Part shown: positions 33,033 to 42,012 of the stretch, piece by piece | How the letters are laid out: every line of letters starts with the position of its first letter | Position numbering within the stretch: position 1 is the stretch's first letter | Assembly (NCBI GenBank): GCA_965237675.1 | Contig: OZ250150.1 | Location: 1,984,001-2,048,000, forward strand | Length of the DNA stretch: 64,000 nucleotides | Reading direction: 5' to 3' | Source: Candidatus Latescibacterota bacterium | GTDB lineage: Bacteria > Latescibacterota > UBA2968 > GCA-2709665 | The notes under the pieces: generated by a model | Told to the model about the DNA's origin: nothing | Seen by the model: only the letters and a program-made list of their open reading frames with translations | Database searches by the model: none | Position numbers and translations under genes: made by a program

Positions 33033-33971
33033 TTACTTCAGGACCAGGCGTGAGGCGCCCAGGACGCCGGCGTCGTTGCCCAGTTCGGCCGGCAGTATCC
33101 GTGTGTGATCGAACATCCCGTCAAGGGTGTACTCCCGCGCTGCGGCGACGATCGGGTCGAGAAGAATATGACCCGCCGCGGAGATACCGCCGCCGATTGC
33201 GATCACGTCGGGGCTGACAACGTTGATAATATTGGCAATGGCGATCCCCAGATAGCGCGCGACGTGGGCGACGGTTTCGCAGGCGAGGCCGTCGCCATTT
33301 TCGGCGGCCCTGCAGATGGATTCCGGAGAGAGGGTGCGGGTGAGAGATGAGGACGGCGCTTCCGAAAGGCGGCCGCGAACGTAACGGACCATCGCGGGGC
33401 CGGCGGTGAGGGCTTCCAGGCATCCCTTTTTGCCGCATCCGCAGACAGGGCCGTCCGGGTCCATACACATGTGCCCGATTTCACCCGCGGCGAAAGAGGC
33501 GCCATGGTGAATGCCGCCGTTCAAAACCAGCCCGCCACCAATGCCCGTGCCCAGGGTGATGAGGAAAAGGGACTCGCGGCCCTGGCCCGCCCCCAGGTGG
33601 GCTTCTCCCATTGCGGCAACGCTGGCGTCGTTGTCGATCTCAACGCGCAGTCTGATCCGATCCTCGAGGATCCGCTTAAACGGGACGTGGCGCCAGTGGA
33701 GGTTTGGGGCAATGATGACGTCGCCCTCCTCCGTGGTGACGCCTGGCACGCCGATACCGATGCCCGCAATGTCGCCCTTCAGCAGGCGGTTCCGGTCGCG
33801 GAGGGATTCGAAGAGTTCCGCGATCCGGTCCGCCACGCCGTGCTCACCGCTTTCCACGTCCGTAGGACAGCGGGCTTTGGCTTCGATGCGACCGTCGGCG
33901 GAAACGAGCGCGCCCTTGATGCTGCCGCCGCCCAGGTCGATGCCGACGGCGTACTGGGGATGGCCGGGCAT
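33033..33971 (-). CDS. ROK family sugar kinase (glucokinase-like)
   Basis: GIDLGG, IDNDAS, TLGTGIGGG, GEIGH, CGCGKKGCLE, LGNDAGVLGA. Confidence 0.93.
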   Translation of the reverse strand: MPGHPQYAVGIDLGGGSIKGALVSADGRIEAKARCPTDVESGEHGVADRIAELFESLRDRNRLLKGDIAGIGIGVPGVTTEEGDVIIAPNLHWRHVPFKRILEDRIRLRVEIDNDASVAAMGEAHLGAGQGRESLFLITLGTGIGGGLVLNGGIHHGASFAAGEIGHMCMDPDGPVCGCGKKGCLEALTAGPAMVRYVRGRLSEAPSSSLTRTLSPESICRAAENGDGLACETVAHVARYLGIAIANIINVVSPDVIAIGGGISAAGHILLDPIVAAAREYTLDGMFDHTRILPAELGNDAGVLGASRLVLK

Positions 33972-34079
33972 TGCAAATCCTTCCGGTTGGCTTTGGAAAA
34001 TCGCATGTCAACCCTGTCTGAATTCGAATGAGCGATTGACGCCGGTCGTCAACGCCCATGGCCGGATCGGGAACGCGGA

Positions 34080-34400
34080 TCAGGCGTTCTCGGCGATCCA
34101 ATTCAGATAAGGCGGATACCCCTGGTGGATGGGAAGAGCAATGATCTCAGGCACGTCGTAACTGTGTAACTCGTTCGCCCGGGCGATGAGAGCGTCGAGG
34201 CTGGCCTGTGACGTCTTGAGGATCATGAGAAATTCGGCCTCGTCTTCAATGGCGTCCTGCCAGCGGTAAATGGATCGGATCTGTCCGGTGATGTTGGCGC
34301 ACGCGGCCAGGCGTTCTTCAACCAGGACGCGGCCGATTCCCGCGGCTTCGGCTTCGCTCGGGGCGGTGATGAACACGACGTAATTCCGGACTTCGCGCAT
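34080..34400 (-). CDS. cutA: Divalent-cation tolerance protein CutA
   Basis: LVEERLAACAN, SIYRWQ, HSYDVPEII, YLNWI. Confidence 0.95.
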   Translation of the reverse strand: MREVRNYVVFITAPSEAEAAGIGRVLVEERLAACANITGQIRSIYRWQDAIEDEAEFLMILKTSQASLDALIARANELHSYDVPEIIALPIHQGYPPYLNWIAENA

Positions 34401-34638
34401 AGAAGACACTCCCGAAAGTGGAGACTCATGCAATGGGGTCGTGCGACACGGCGTGCCCACGGCGGCCCCAGATCCGCGTTCGGGCCGCGCGCGCCGCGGG
34501 GGAATCCGGCGGTATCTCGCACCGCTGAAGATATGTAGAAGGGTGGGGAAGGTCAAGCCGAGAATGGGTCTGAATTGACGACGGGACCGCCAACTCCAAG
34601 GACGAAGTACGGCGCGATTTAGAGGTTCACGAGGCGAC

Positions 34639-35718
34639 ATGGATACGGAACGATCTGACTGGCGGCCCGGGTGCGCCGGGGAGGTGCTGGAGCGCCACGT
34701 TCAGGAGAGAAGCACGCCTGGCGCGGTGGGTCTTTTGGTGCGGGGCGCGGGCGGGGCCGCCTGCTGGGTGGCGGGACGGCACACATACGATCCGGATGCT
34801 CCAGGGGTCAGGGAGGATGACCTCTACGACCTTGCGTCGTTGACGAAGGTGGTTGTAACAACTTCGATTTGCATGGCGCTCGAACCCGGCCTGGATCTGG
34901 ATGGGCGGGTCGGTGACTACGTGCCGGCGTTCGTTGGGGAAGGTCGGGACGGGGTGACGATCAGACATCTCCTGGCGCACTGCGCGGGATTGCCGGCGCA
35001 CCAGCGTTTTTTCGAGGCCTGCCAGGGCAAGGAGGCGGTACTCGCGGCCGCATGCAGGACACCGCTTGCCTACAAGCCGGGCACGAATACGATATATAGC
35101 GATCTGAGCTTTCTGTTGCTGGGGGCGGCCGTCGAACGCGTGGGCGGAGCGCCGCTTGTGGAACTGGCTCAGCGATACGTCTTCGGTCCGTTGGGGATGG
35201 CGGATACGACGTATCTGCCCGGGCGCGAGTTACTGGACCGGATTCCCCCATCGGAGTTTCAGGCCGAGCAACGCAGGGGACTGATTCACGGGCAGGTACA
35301 CGATGGAAATGCCTGGGCGATGGGCGGCGTGGCGCCACATGCGGGCCTCTTCGGGACGGCGGCGGACCTGGGTCATTTTTTAAGGGTGATCCTGAACGGA
35401 GGAAAACATGGCGGAACCCGGGTGTTTTCCGAAACTGCCATCCGCCGATTTACGTCGCGGGCCGGATTGGCGCCCGGCAGTACCCGCGCACTGGGATGGG
35501 ACACGGTATCGAAGGCGGGAAGTTCGGCGGGCCGGCACTTTTCGGCCCTATCGTTCGGACACACCGGATTTACAGGCACCTCCATGTGGGCGGATCCCGA
35601 TCGGGATGTCGGTGTGGTTCTCCTGACGAACCGGGTGCATCCCACCCGGGAGAATCAGGGGATTCGGAGGTTGCGGCCGGAGTTTCACGATGCAGTGATG
35701 GAAGCGGTCATCCCTTGA
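34639..35718 (+). CDS. Serine hydrolase, beta-lactamase/PBP-like family
   Basis: LASLTK (SxxK), LLAHCAGL, YSD, GHTGFTGT, LLTNRVHP. Confidence 0.9.
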   Translation: MDTERSDWRPGCAGEVLERHVQERSTPGAVGLLVRGAGGAACWVAGRHTYDPDAPGVREDDLYDLASLTKVVVTTSICMALEPGLDLDGRVGDYVPAFVGEGRDGVTIRHLLAHCAGLPAHQRFFEACQGKEAVLAAACRTPLAYKPGTNTIYSDLSFLLLGAAVERVGGAPLVELAQRYVFGPLGMADTTYLPGRELLDRIPPSEFQAEQRRGLIHGQVHDGNAWAMGGVAPHAGLFGTAADLGHFLRVILNGGKHGGTRVFSETAIRRFTSRAGLAPGSTRALGWDTVSKAGSSAGRHFSALSFGHTGFTGTSMWADPDRDVGVVLLTNRVHPTRENQGIRRLRPEFHDAVMEAVIP

Positions 35719-35763
35719 CCGCAGGGGGTTCGAACCGGAAGACCGCGACCCGGAAGCGGCCGG

Positions 35764-37317
35764 TTAGCGCAGCCAATTCTTCAGGAATTCCAGGTCCAAT
35801 TCCGGGTAGGCCGGATACCGGTGGAGCAGATCGACCACCTCGGCACGGGCTTCTTCGAGGGCCTCCGGCCGGGTCCGGAAGCGCGCCTTGCTGAATCTTC
35901 CGGCGTGCCTGCCTTTCTTGATCCGGACGGGCCGTGTGTTGAAAAGCACAAGGCGCAGTGAGGCGGCGATTTTCCGCATTTCTTCCACACCCATGCCCAG
36001 CGTGGTGAGGGCGGGCGTGCCGAGCCGGAGGCCGCTGGTATACCAGGCTCCGTTCGTATCGAAGGGAAGGGCGTTTCGGTTCAGGGTGATTCGGGCGTTT
36101 CGCAGGGCGGATTCCGCCTGTCTGCCGGTGAGATCCAATGGCGTCACGTCGATGAGCAGCAGGTGGTTGTCGGTGCCGCCGCTGAGTACGGCAAGCCCCT
36201 CTTTGACGCAGGCTTCGGCCAGGGCCGTGGCGTTTTGCACGATGCGGCGGGCGTAGGTTCTGAATTCACCCGCACCGGCCTCCTGTAAGGCGACGGCTTT
36301 GGCCGCAATGACGTGGGGCAGAGGACCGCCCAGCACCATTGGACAGCCTCTGTCTACGTGTTCCGCAAATTCCGCCTTGCAGAGGACCATGCCGCCTCGC
36401 GGCCCCCGGAGGGTCTTGTGGGTCGTGGTGGTCACAACGTCGGCGTAGGGCAAGGGATCGTAGTCGCCCGTGAAGACTTTGCCCGCCACCAGACCGGCAA
36501 AGTGCGCCATGTCAACCATGAGAACGGCGCCGATCTCGTCGGCGATTTCCTTGAATATGCGGAAGTTGATTTTCCGGGTGTACGCGCTGTACCCGGCCAG
36601 GAGAATTAGGGGTTTGAACGCTTTCGCCTGGCTGCGGACCCGGTCGTAATCGATCAGTTTGGTCTCGGGGTCGACACTGTAGGATTCGGCGTGGAACATT
36701 CTGGCGGATACGTTGTGCCGGTACCCGTGGGTGAGGTGGCCGCCGGAATAGTAATCGAGACCGAGCAATTTCTGGTTTCCCAGGGCGGTTCTGAGTTCCC
36801 GCCAGTCGGAGTCGGAAAGGCCCGCGAGATCGGACTGTCCGGTCTGTTCCATGAACGGCGCCTGAATACGAGCGGAAAGGATGGCCCAGAAAGCCACGAG
36901 GTTGGCGTCAGCCCCCGAGTGGGGCTGTACGTACGCGTGTTCCGCCCCGAAGAGGTCGCGGGCGAGTGAAGCGGCATGTTTTTCGACGTCGTCGACGTTG
37001 TCGCAGCCGGCGTAGAAGCGGCGGTCGGGCACGCCTTCGGCATACTTGTCCGTGAAGAGATTGCCCTGTGCAAGCTGGACGGCCAGCGAGCAATAGTTCT
37101 CGCTCGCGATCATCTTCAGGTTGCCTCGCTGGTCCTCCAGTTCGGCAACGATGGTTGCGGCCACTCGCGGCGAAGTTGCGTGAATCTGTTGGAGTGACGC
37201 GAGATAGGCTACGAAACCGGGATCTACGGAATGGCCGAGGGCGGCGGATTCGGAGAGATACCGGGCAAGTGGAGATGCCGGGGTCGTTACATCGACAGGT
37301 GGTGATGCCTGAACCAT
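35764..37317 (-). CDS. glyA: Serine hydroxymethyltransferase, long form
   Basis: [59 protein letters not shown]. Confidence 0.96.
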   Translation of the reverse strand: MVQASPPVDVTTPASPLARYLSESAALGHSVDPGFVAYLASLQQIHATSPRVAATIVAELEDQRGNLKMIASENYCSLAVQLAQGNLFTDKYAEGVPDRRFYAGCDNVDDVEKHAASLARDLFGAEHAYVQPHSGADANLVAFWAILSARIQAPFMEQTGQSDLAGLSDSDWRELRTALGNQKLLGLDYYSGGHLTHGYRHNVSARMFHAESYSVDPETKLIDYDRVRSQAKAFKPLILLAGYSAYTRKINFRIFKEIADEIGAVLMVDMAHFAGLVAGKVFTGDYDPLPYADVVTTTTHKTLRGPRGGMVLCKAEFAEHVDRGCPMVLGGPLPHVIAAKAVALQEAGAGEFRTYARRIVQNATALAEACVKEGLAVLSGGTDNHLLLIDVTPLDLTGRQAESALRNARITLNRNALPFDTNGAWYTSGLRLGTPALTTLGMGVEEMRKIAASLRLVLFNTRPVRIKKGRHAGRFSKARFRTRPEALEEARAEVVDLLHRYPAYPELDLEFLKNWLR

Positions 37318-37558
37318 TCTGTTTCTCCCAGACACATTGAAAGGACGCGGGTACGTAGATTGGCGAGGTCCGAATCCGGGAGATTCGTACCCCGCTCACG
37401 GAACGAGGAGAAGAGACCGGACAGACGAAAACCCGGGCCGGATAACGATGAAACGAGCCCGGGCGATTGACCGTGTGTCGGAATCTGGGTTCGCCGGTGA
37501 ACGATGGTTCGCGGTGCCGTGTTATGCCTTCCTGAAGAATCCATCCACCGCGAACACC

Positions 37559-37587
37559 AATATATCGGACTTCCCCGGTGCGGTCAA
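37559..37587 (-). promoter_or_regulatory. Sigma70-like promoter of glyA
   Basis: Minus strand TTGACC-17 nt-TATATT, implying a leader of about 235 nt. Confidence 0.65.
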
Positions 37588-37687
37588 CATTTTTCTGGCC
37601 ATATTTCGGGCGAGAGACCGGCCCCCGGTATTCCGTCATATCGCTCAGGATTCCGGAAGCCGCCGAATCCACTCCGGAATTTTCCAC

Positions 37688-37716
37688 TTGCCATCACGGT
37701 TCGGCCGGACTATATT
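37688..37716 (+). promoter_or_regulatory. Sigma70-like promoter of pyrB
   Basis: TTGCCA-17 nt-TATATT. Confidence 0.7.
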
Positions 37717-37725
37717 TGCATTTTA

Positions 37726-37800
37726 ATGGAAATCCCCACAATTCGATCTCAATTTTTCCGATACTCCGGCGTTCCGGATGTTGGTTCTTCGCTCCCCTGA
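37726..37800 (+). CDS. Putative pyrL-like leader peptide, 24 aa
   Basis: MEIPTIRSQFFRYSGVPDVGSSLP*; starts 9 nt after the -10 box, is pyrimidine-rich, and its stop lies in the terminator loop. Confidence 0.5.
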   Translation: MEIPTIRSQFFRYSGVPDVGSSLP

Positions 37801-37815
37801 AGGGGGAGCTTTTTT
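37791..37815 (+). terminator. Attenuator-type intrinsic terminator upstream of pyrB
   Basis: GCTCCCC-tgaa-GGGGGAGC followed by TTTTTT. Confidence 0.75.
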
Positions 37816-37822
37816 GTTGTGA

Positions 37823-38007
37823 GAAGCTGTTTTAAAAATCCCGGTGAGTTCCCGAGCGCGAGCGAAAAGGTGTCGGTCCAGGCGGGCGAAGCCGACTGTG
37901 AGAGGCGAGCGAGCGCAGCCTCGACCTCGAAGGACGGGTGGATTTGACCAACGCCGGCGACGCCTTTGCAGCCGCGCGAAGACCGCTGGGGGTTTTAATA
38001 CAGCTTC
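37823..38007. mobile_element. MITE, 185 bp, with IS5-like ends and TGA target duplication
   Basis: Left end GAAGCTGTTTTAAAA; right end reverse complement GAAGCTGTATTAAAA; TGA on both flanks (37820-37822 and 38008-38010). Confidence 0.75.
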
Positions 38008-38023
38008 TGAGGGAGGATACTCG

Positions 38024-38950
38024 ATGGACAGCCTGTTCCACGTGGTCGAGGCGCAGCAGTTCAACCGGGAATTGCTAACGGAAATTTTCGCGGTGACCAA
38101 GGAGATGGAGGAGGTTGTAAGCCTCTACGGGTCCAGTATACTGAACCGCCGGATCATGGCCACGCTGTTTTACGAACCCAGTACCCGCACCCGGCTTTCT
38201 TTCGAGTCGGCCATGATCCGTCTGGGGGGGAGCGTGGTCACGACGGAGTCGGCACGGGAGTTTTCCTCGGCTGCGAAGGGCGAGACCCTCGAGGACACCA
38301 TTCGAATTGTGGAGGGATACGCGGATGTGATCGTGCTCAGGCACTACGAGGGAGGATCCGCGCGGCGGGCGGCGGATGTGGCGTCAGTACCGATTCTGAA
38401 CGCCGGCGACGGCCCGGGCCAGCATCCTACGCAGGCGCTGCTGGACGTCTATACCATCCAAAAGGAGATCGGTCGGCTGGACGGGATTTCGGTGGCTATG
38501 GTGGGTGACCTCGCCAACGGCCGCACGGTGCGTTCGCTGGCCTATCTGCTCACCCGGTACGAAGACGTCAAGCTGTATTTCGTGGCGCCCGAGATGGTGC
38601 GCATGAAGGCCGATATCAAGGAATACCTGCTCCGGAACCGGGTGTACTTCGAGGAACGGGACGACCTGATCGAGGTTGTGCGCCAGGTTGACGTGGTCTA
38701 TCAGACACGGATCCAGAGGGAGCGGTTCGGCGACCGCACGCGCGACTACGAAGCGGCGCGGGGGAAATACATCATCGATACAAAGGTAATGGAGGCGCTT
38801 TCCGATAACGGCCGCGTGATGCACCCCCTGCCGCGCGTGGACGAGATCGACCCCGCGGTGGACACGGATCCCCGGGCGGCGTATTTCCGGCAGGCGCACA
38901 ACGGGCTGTACATTCGGATGGCGTTGCTGAAGATGGTGCTGGCCGCGTGA
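38024..38950 (+). CDS. pyrB: Aspartate carbamoyltransferase catalytic chain, plant-type
   Basis: FYEPSTRTRLSFE, KGETLEDT, NAGDGPGQHPTQALLD, YQTRIQRERF, MHPLPR; GGGAGG RBS. Confidence 0.96.
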   Translation: MDSLFHVVEAQQFNRELLTEIFAVTKEMEEVVSLYGSSILNRRIMATLFYEPSTRTRLSFESAMIRLGGSVVTTESAREFSSAAKGETLEDTIRIVEGYADVIVLRHYEGGSARRAADVASVPILNAGDGPGQHPTQALLDVYTIQKEIGRLDGISVAMVGDLANGRTVRSLAYLLTRYEDVKLYFVAPEMVRMKADIKEYLLRNRVYFEERDDLIEVVRQVDVVYQTRIQRERFGDRTRDYEAARGKYIIDTKVMEALSDNGRVMHPLPRVDEIDPAVDTDPRAAYFRQAHNGLYIRMALLKMVLAA

Positions 38951-39200
38951 TCGTTCGTTGAAGGCTGAAACGATAGGACAAGGTGCACAGATTCACTCTC
39001 TGTTGGCCCAAACTGTTCCTGTAGCCTACCCGCGCCGTCTACGTTTGCCTGCCGTTTTGAATCCACGTCTTAAGAAAACCCGTTGCAGGTCGGCATCAGA
39101 TCCGATATATTCAATCATACTGCGGGCGCGAGAGTGACAATGATTGATTTGGTCATCTATGGGCACGATGGATCGAAGTGCGATGAAAGAAGAGTTCGCG

Positions 39201-39482
39201 ATGCCGAACGCCCAGCAAGTTGATCGCACAGCGTTGTGGGAGCGAATCAAACTGGCTCTGGCAGACGAATGTTGGGCTTTCAGGACTGTCGAGGGAATTG
39301 CGGACGAGATAGGCGTTAACCCCGACGTCGTAACGGAACAGCTTGATTTGCACGATTCGGAAGTGCGAACATCTATCGATTGGAGAACAAGACCCCGCAG
39401 AATATTGTACACGACGAGATCGCGGCGGATGTCATTCCGGGAACTTGCTGCTGACGCGCAGGAATTCGCACGGAGATGGTAG
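39201..39482 (+). CDS. Small hypothetical protein with possible HTH
   Basis: FRTVEGIADEIGVNPDVVTEQL is HTH-like; lower GC than flanks; start may be 39183. Confidence 0.6.
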   Translation: MPNAQQVDRTALWERIKLALADECWAFRTVEGIADEIGVNPDVVTEQLDLHDSEVRTSIDWRTRPRRILYTTRSRRMSFRELAADAQEFARRW

Positions 39483-39781
39483 ACGAATGTATCGAATCGT
39501 TCGTTTGGGGATGCGTTGGTGGAATACTTGCTGAGTTTTTGAAGTGGTACCGGATCCGGGAGACGCTGCATAAGGAAGCACCTGGCTACGCGAAGAGCAT
39601 GTTTTATTGGATACTGACGTTCGCAGGAATCATGATTGGTGGTGTCTGTGTTCTGGTTTACAAGAGATATGGAATCGAAATGAACATATTGCTTTCAATC
39701 CAGATTGGAGGTTCTTCCATGTTGTTATTGGATAAGTTGTTCGCCAGCACTCCGCGGATTGATAAGGGCGAAATAAAGTAA
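39476..39781 (+). CDS. Small membrane protein with about 3 TM helices
   Basis: Three hydrophobic segments; overlaps the upstream stop; low GC. Confidence 0.7.
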   Translation: MVDECIESFVWGCVGGILAEFLKWYRIRETLHKEAPGYAKSMFYWILTFAGIMIGGVCVLVYKRYGIEMNILLSIQIGGSSMLLLDKLFASTPRIDKGEIK

Positions 39782-40052
39782 TACAAGTATCCAATTTGGA
39801 CTTTTCTCCGTAGTCAATATACCAATCTTCTCGCGTTTAACGGACAGGGGCCTGTCGGCAAGAACGGCAAGCCCTTTTGCGTTCTGCGTACCCACGGATA
39901 ATTGGGATTATTCCTGGAATTTTGGCGACGAACTCTCGTCTTCCCATGTCAGGATATGGATCGAATCACAAATTTGCGCCGGATGAGTCTGGGGTCGCCG
40001 GCGGATTTGGAATCGATCCACGTCTCGAACAAAAGATGAAAGGCGGTGCACA

Positions 40053-40211
40053 ATGGGCCCCGGGGCTCCGATACGCTGCCGGTTATGCGGCAGGATACTC
40101 GGCGTCATCCGCGGTTTCGAGGGCCGCGTTTTTACCCTCTGCCGCGCATGCGAAACGAAAAACAAAACGCGTAAAAAAGAGAAAAAGGGTGCCGGCAAAA
40201 ATACGGCCTGA
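40053..40211 (+). CDS. Com-like zinc-ribbon small protein, 52 aa
   Basis: Below ORF-track cutoff: MGPGAPIRCRLCGRILGVIRGFEGRVFTLCRACETKNKTRKKEKKGAGKNTA*, with AAAGGCGGTG upstream. Confidence 0.6.
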   Translation: MGPGAPIRCRLCGRILGVIRGFEGRVFTLCRACETKNKTRKKEKKGAGKNTA

Positions 40212-40286
40212 CGAGGTCGAAACGGTTCGAGATTGCGCCTGGAATAGCCGCCCGCACCGGCTCACACTGTCGAGAGGTCTCTTGAG

Positions 40287-41089
40287 ATGTGCCTGACACG
40301 CACGATAAAGCGGCTGCTTTTGACGGTTCTAGCGATTTGGATTGTGGTCGTGCCTGTTGGCGTTTCGTGTCAGGTTCAGAAAGCCCTGGAGGATTCGGCG
40401 GCAATGTCTTGGCTGACCAGCATGGTTGCGAAAGCTGTCTCTCAGGGAAAAGACTCCTTTTTGAAGGATGAATACCTTCGCAACAGCCTGCTATTGAGGG
40501 GGCAGAGGGCAATTGGCAAGAGAATGACTCAGATTGGCGCACGAGAGATCGCCGTAGAGCGGTTCTTTTGGACAGTTCAAGCTATGAGGAACCGATTTAT
40601 GAGGGAATCTCTGAGGAATTTTCGGTGGAACCTGATGATGACCGATCTCATTGTGATAGGGAGGGTGTTGTCGGTATCGAAGGAAGAAGAAATATGTGCC
40701 TATGGAACCCACGTAGACATCGAAGTTGCGAAATACTTGAAAGGTACGGGACCCGACACGATCCAGGTAAAGCTTATCAGAGGGAGGAAAATTACAGATA
40801 GATCTTATATTCTTTCTTCCGGCGAACCCCAATTTGCAGTCGGAGAAGAGATTCTTCTGCATTTGTCGGCAACCCCGATTGCCGGACACGACCAAGTAGC
40901 CGTAAATTCGATGCCGGGCTGCACGGGCTTTTTTTATTTGACAAATACCGGGGGCGATTACTACGAGGTTGCAGGGGTCGAAGACGCGAAGCGAGACATC
41001 GTTGACGGCAAGTTGAAATGGCGGGGAAGACGCGCACGCTGGAGGAAGTTGAGGCGAGCATTCTGAGGGATCTGAAAACCACATTTTGA
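40287..41089 (+). CDS. Exported hypothetical protein, probably frameshifted near its C-terminus
   Basis: Hydrophobic N-terminus; DLIVIGRV...GEPQFAVGEEILLHL; one extra G at 41023-41026 would give GKTRTLEEVEASILRDLKTTF*; as sequenced it stops at 41066. Confidence 0.55.
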
Positions 41090-41101
41090 TTTGAAAATAC
41101 G

Positions 41102-41413
41102 ATGACGAGAAGGGGGTATACCATGTCGTTAAGCCGGATGGTCGGCAATCGGGAGGGAGTGTTGAACGTAGCGATCACCTTCCTGCTGATCGGCCTTATT
41201 TCCGGGCAAGTGTATGGTGGCGATACGGAGATTGGTCCAAATGATACATGGGAAATCAATCCCCCGTTTTGCGTCGTTAAATACGGGCTTCAGAATGATG
41301 CCAATCTGGACGGTTGCATATACCAGGCTGCGGCGGCCATGAACTTTCATTCCCAGTTCGAACTTCAGCAGGGTCCTCCCGATAATATTACGGTTATGAG
41401 GAAAAAAAACTAA
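41102..41413 (+). pseudogene. Probably truncated exported protein
   Basis: Signal-like hydrophobic segment; ORF ends just after an A8 run, next to a repeat mosaic. Confidence 0.4.
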
Positions 41414-41414
41414 A

Positions 41415-41966
41415 CATCCACTTCTCCCCGAATTCCCTGCCTCCGGCGGGTTCCCTGGGAATACCGATCAGCAGTCAGCTAACACCGGTGAGCGATACGG
41501 ACGGAGGATGTCAATTGCCAATATTTGGGTTTTGTAGGGGGACCCCACGGGTCGCCGTCGTATTGATCAGGAACGATCAGCGACTGGTAAACAGCTAACC
41601 GCGTACGGCAATCAGCAAAAAGCGATACGACGCCAAACCGCGCGCCAGCTCTTCCCGGTCTGCCTCTCGCCCGCACGGTGGTAGGGGAGGGCTTTTTCGC
41701 GCTATTCCGTCCACCGACGTCGTATGGGGAGAGCTGAAAACGTTGCAGGGCACAGTCCTTGGTTTGCATTGTAGGAGTAGTTCGCGGAAAAGCAGCCCCG
41801 CGGCGTCTGAGCGGCGCCGTTCTTTTTGGTCCTTTTTCTTGGGCGTACAAGAAAAAGGACGTAAGAAAAGAAAAAACAAGAAGAAGGAAGAAAAATGACA
41901 TCAAGGGCCGGGAGCACAGCCCATCATTCACCCTTCCACGAATTCCCTGCCTCAAGCGGGTTCCTT
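41415..41966. repeat. Non-coding repeat mosaic bounded by imperfect direct repeats of about 42 bp
   Basis: CGAATTCCCTGCCTC..GCGGGTTCC at 41429 and 41939; REP-like unit at 41534; 13-bp hairpin at 41829-41860. Confidence 0.6.
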
Positions 41967-42012
41967 TCGAAGCGACCGAACGGGACCAAAGTTCGCCGCT
42001 CGCCGCGGATCG

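Noticed and set aside
34639-35718. A true beta-lactamase resistance gene
   Set aside because: No signal peptide; motifs fit the broad esterase/peptidase branch of the family
37440-37555. Canonical ZTP (pfl) riboswitch or 6S RNA upstream of glyA
   Set aside because: The conserved 5' GACUGRCG element and a 6S-like long closing duplex were not found; kept only as an unclassified structured leader
40190-40275. Hammerhead-like core CTGACGA-GGTC-GAAAC
   Set aside because: Stem II would be a single pair, and I could not place an NUH cleavage triplet with compatible stems I and III on either side
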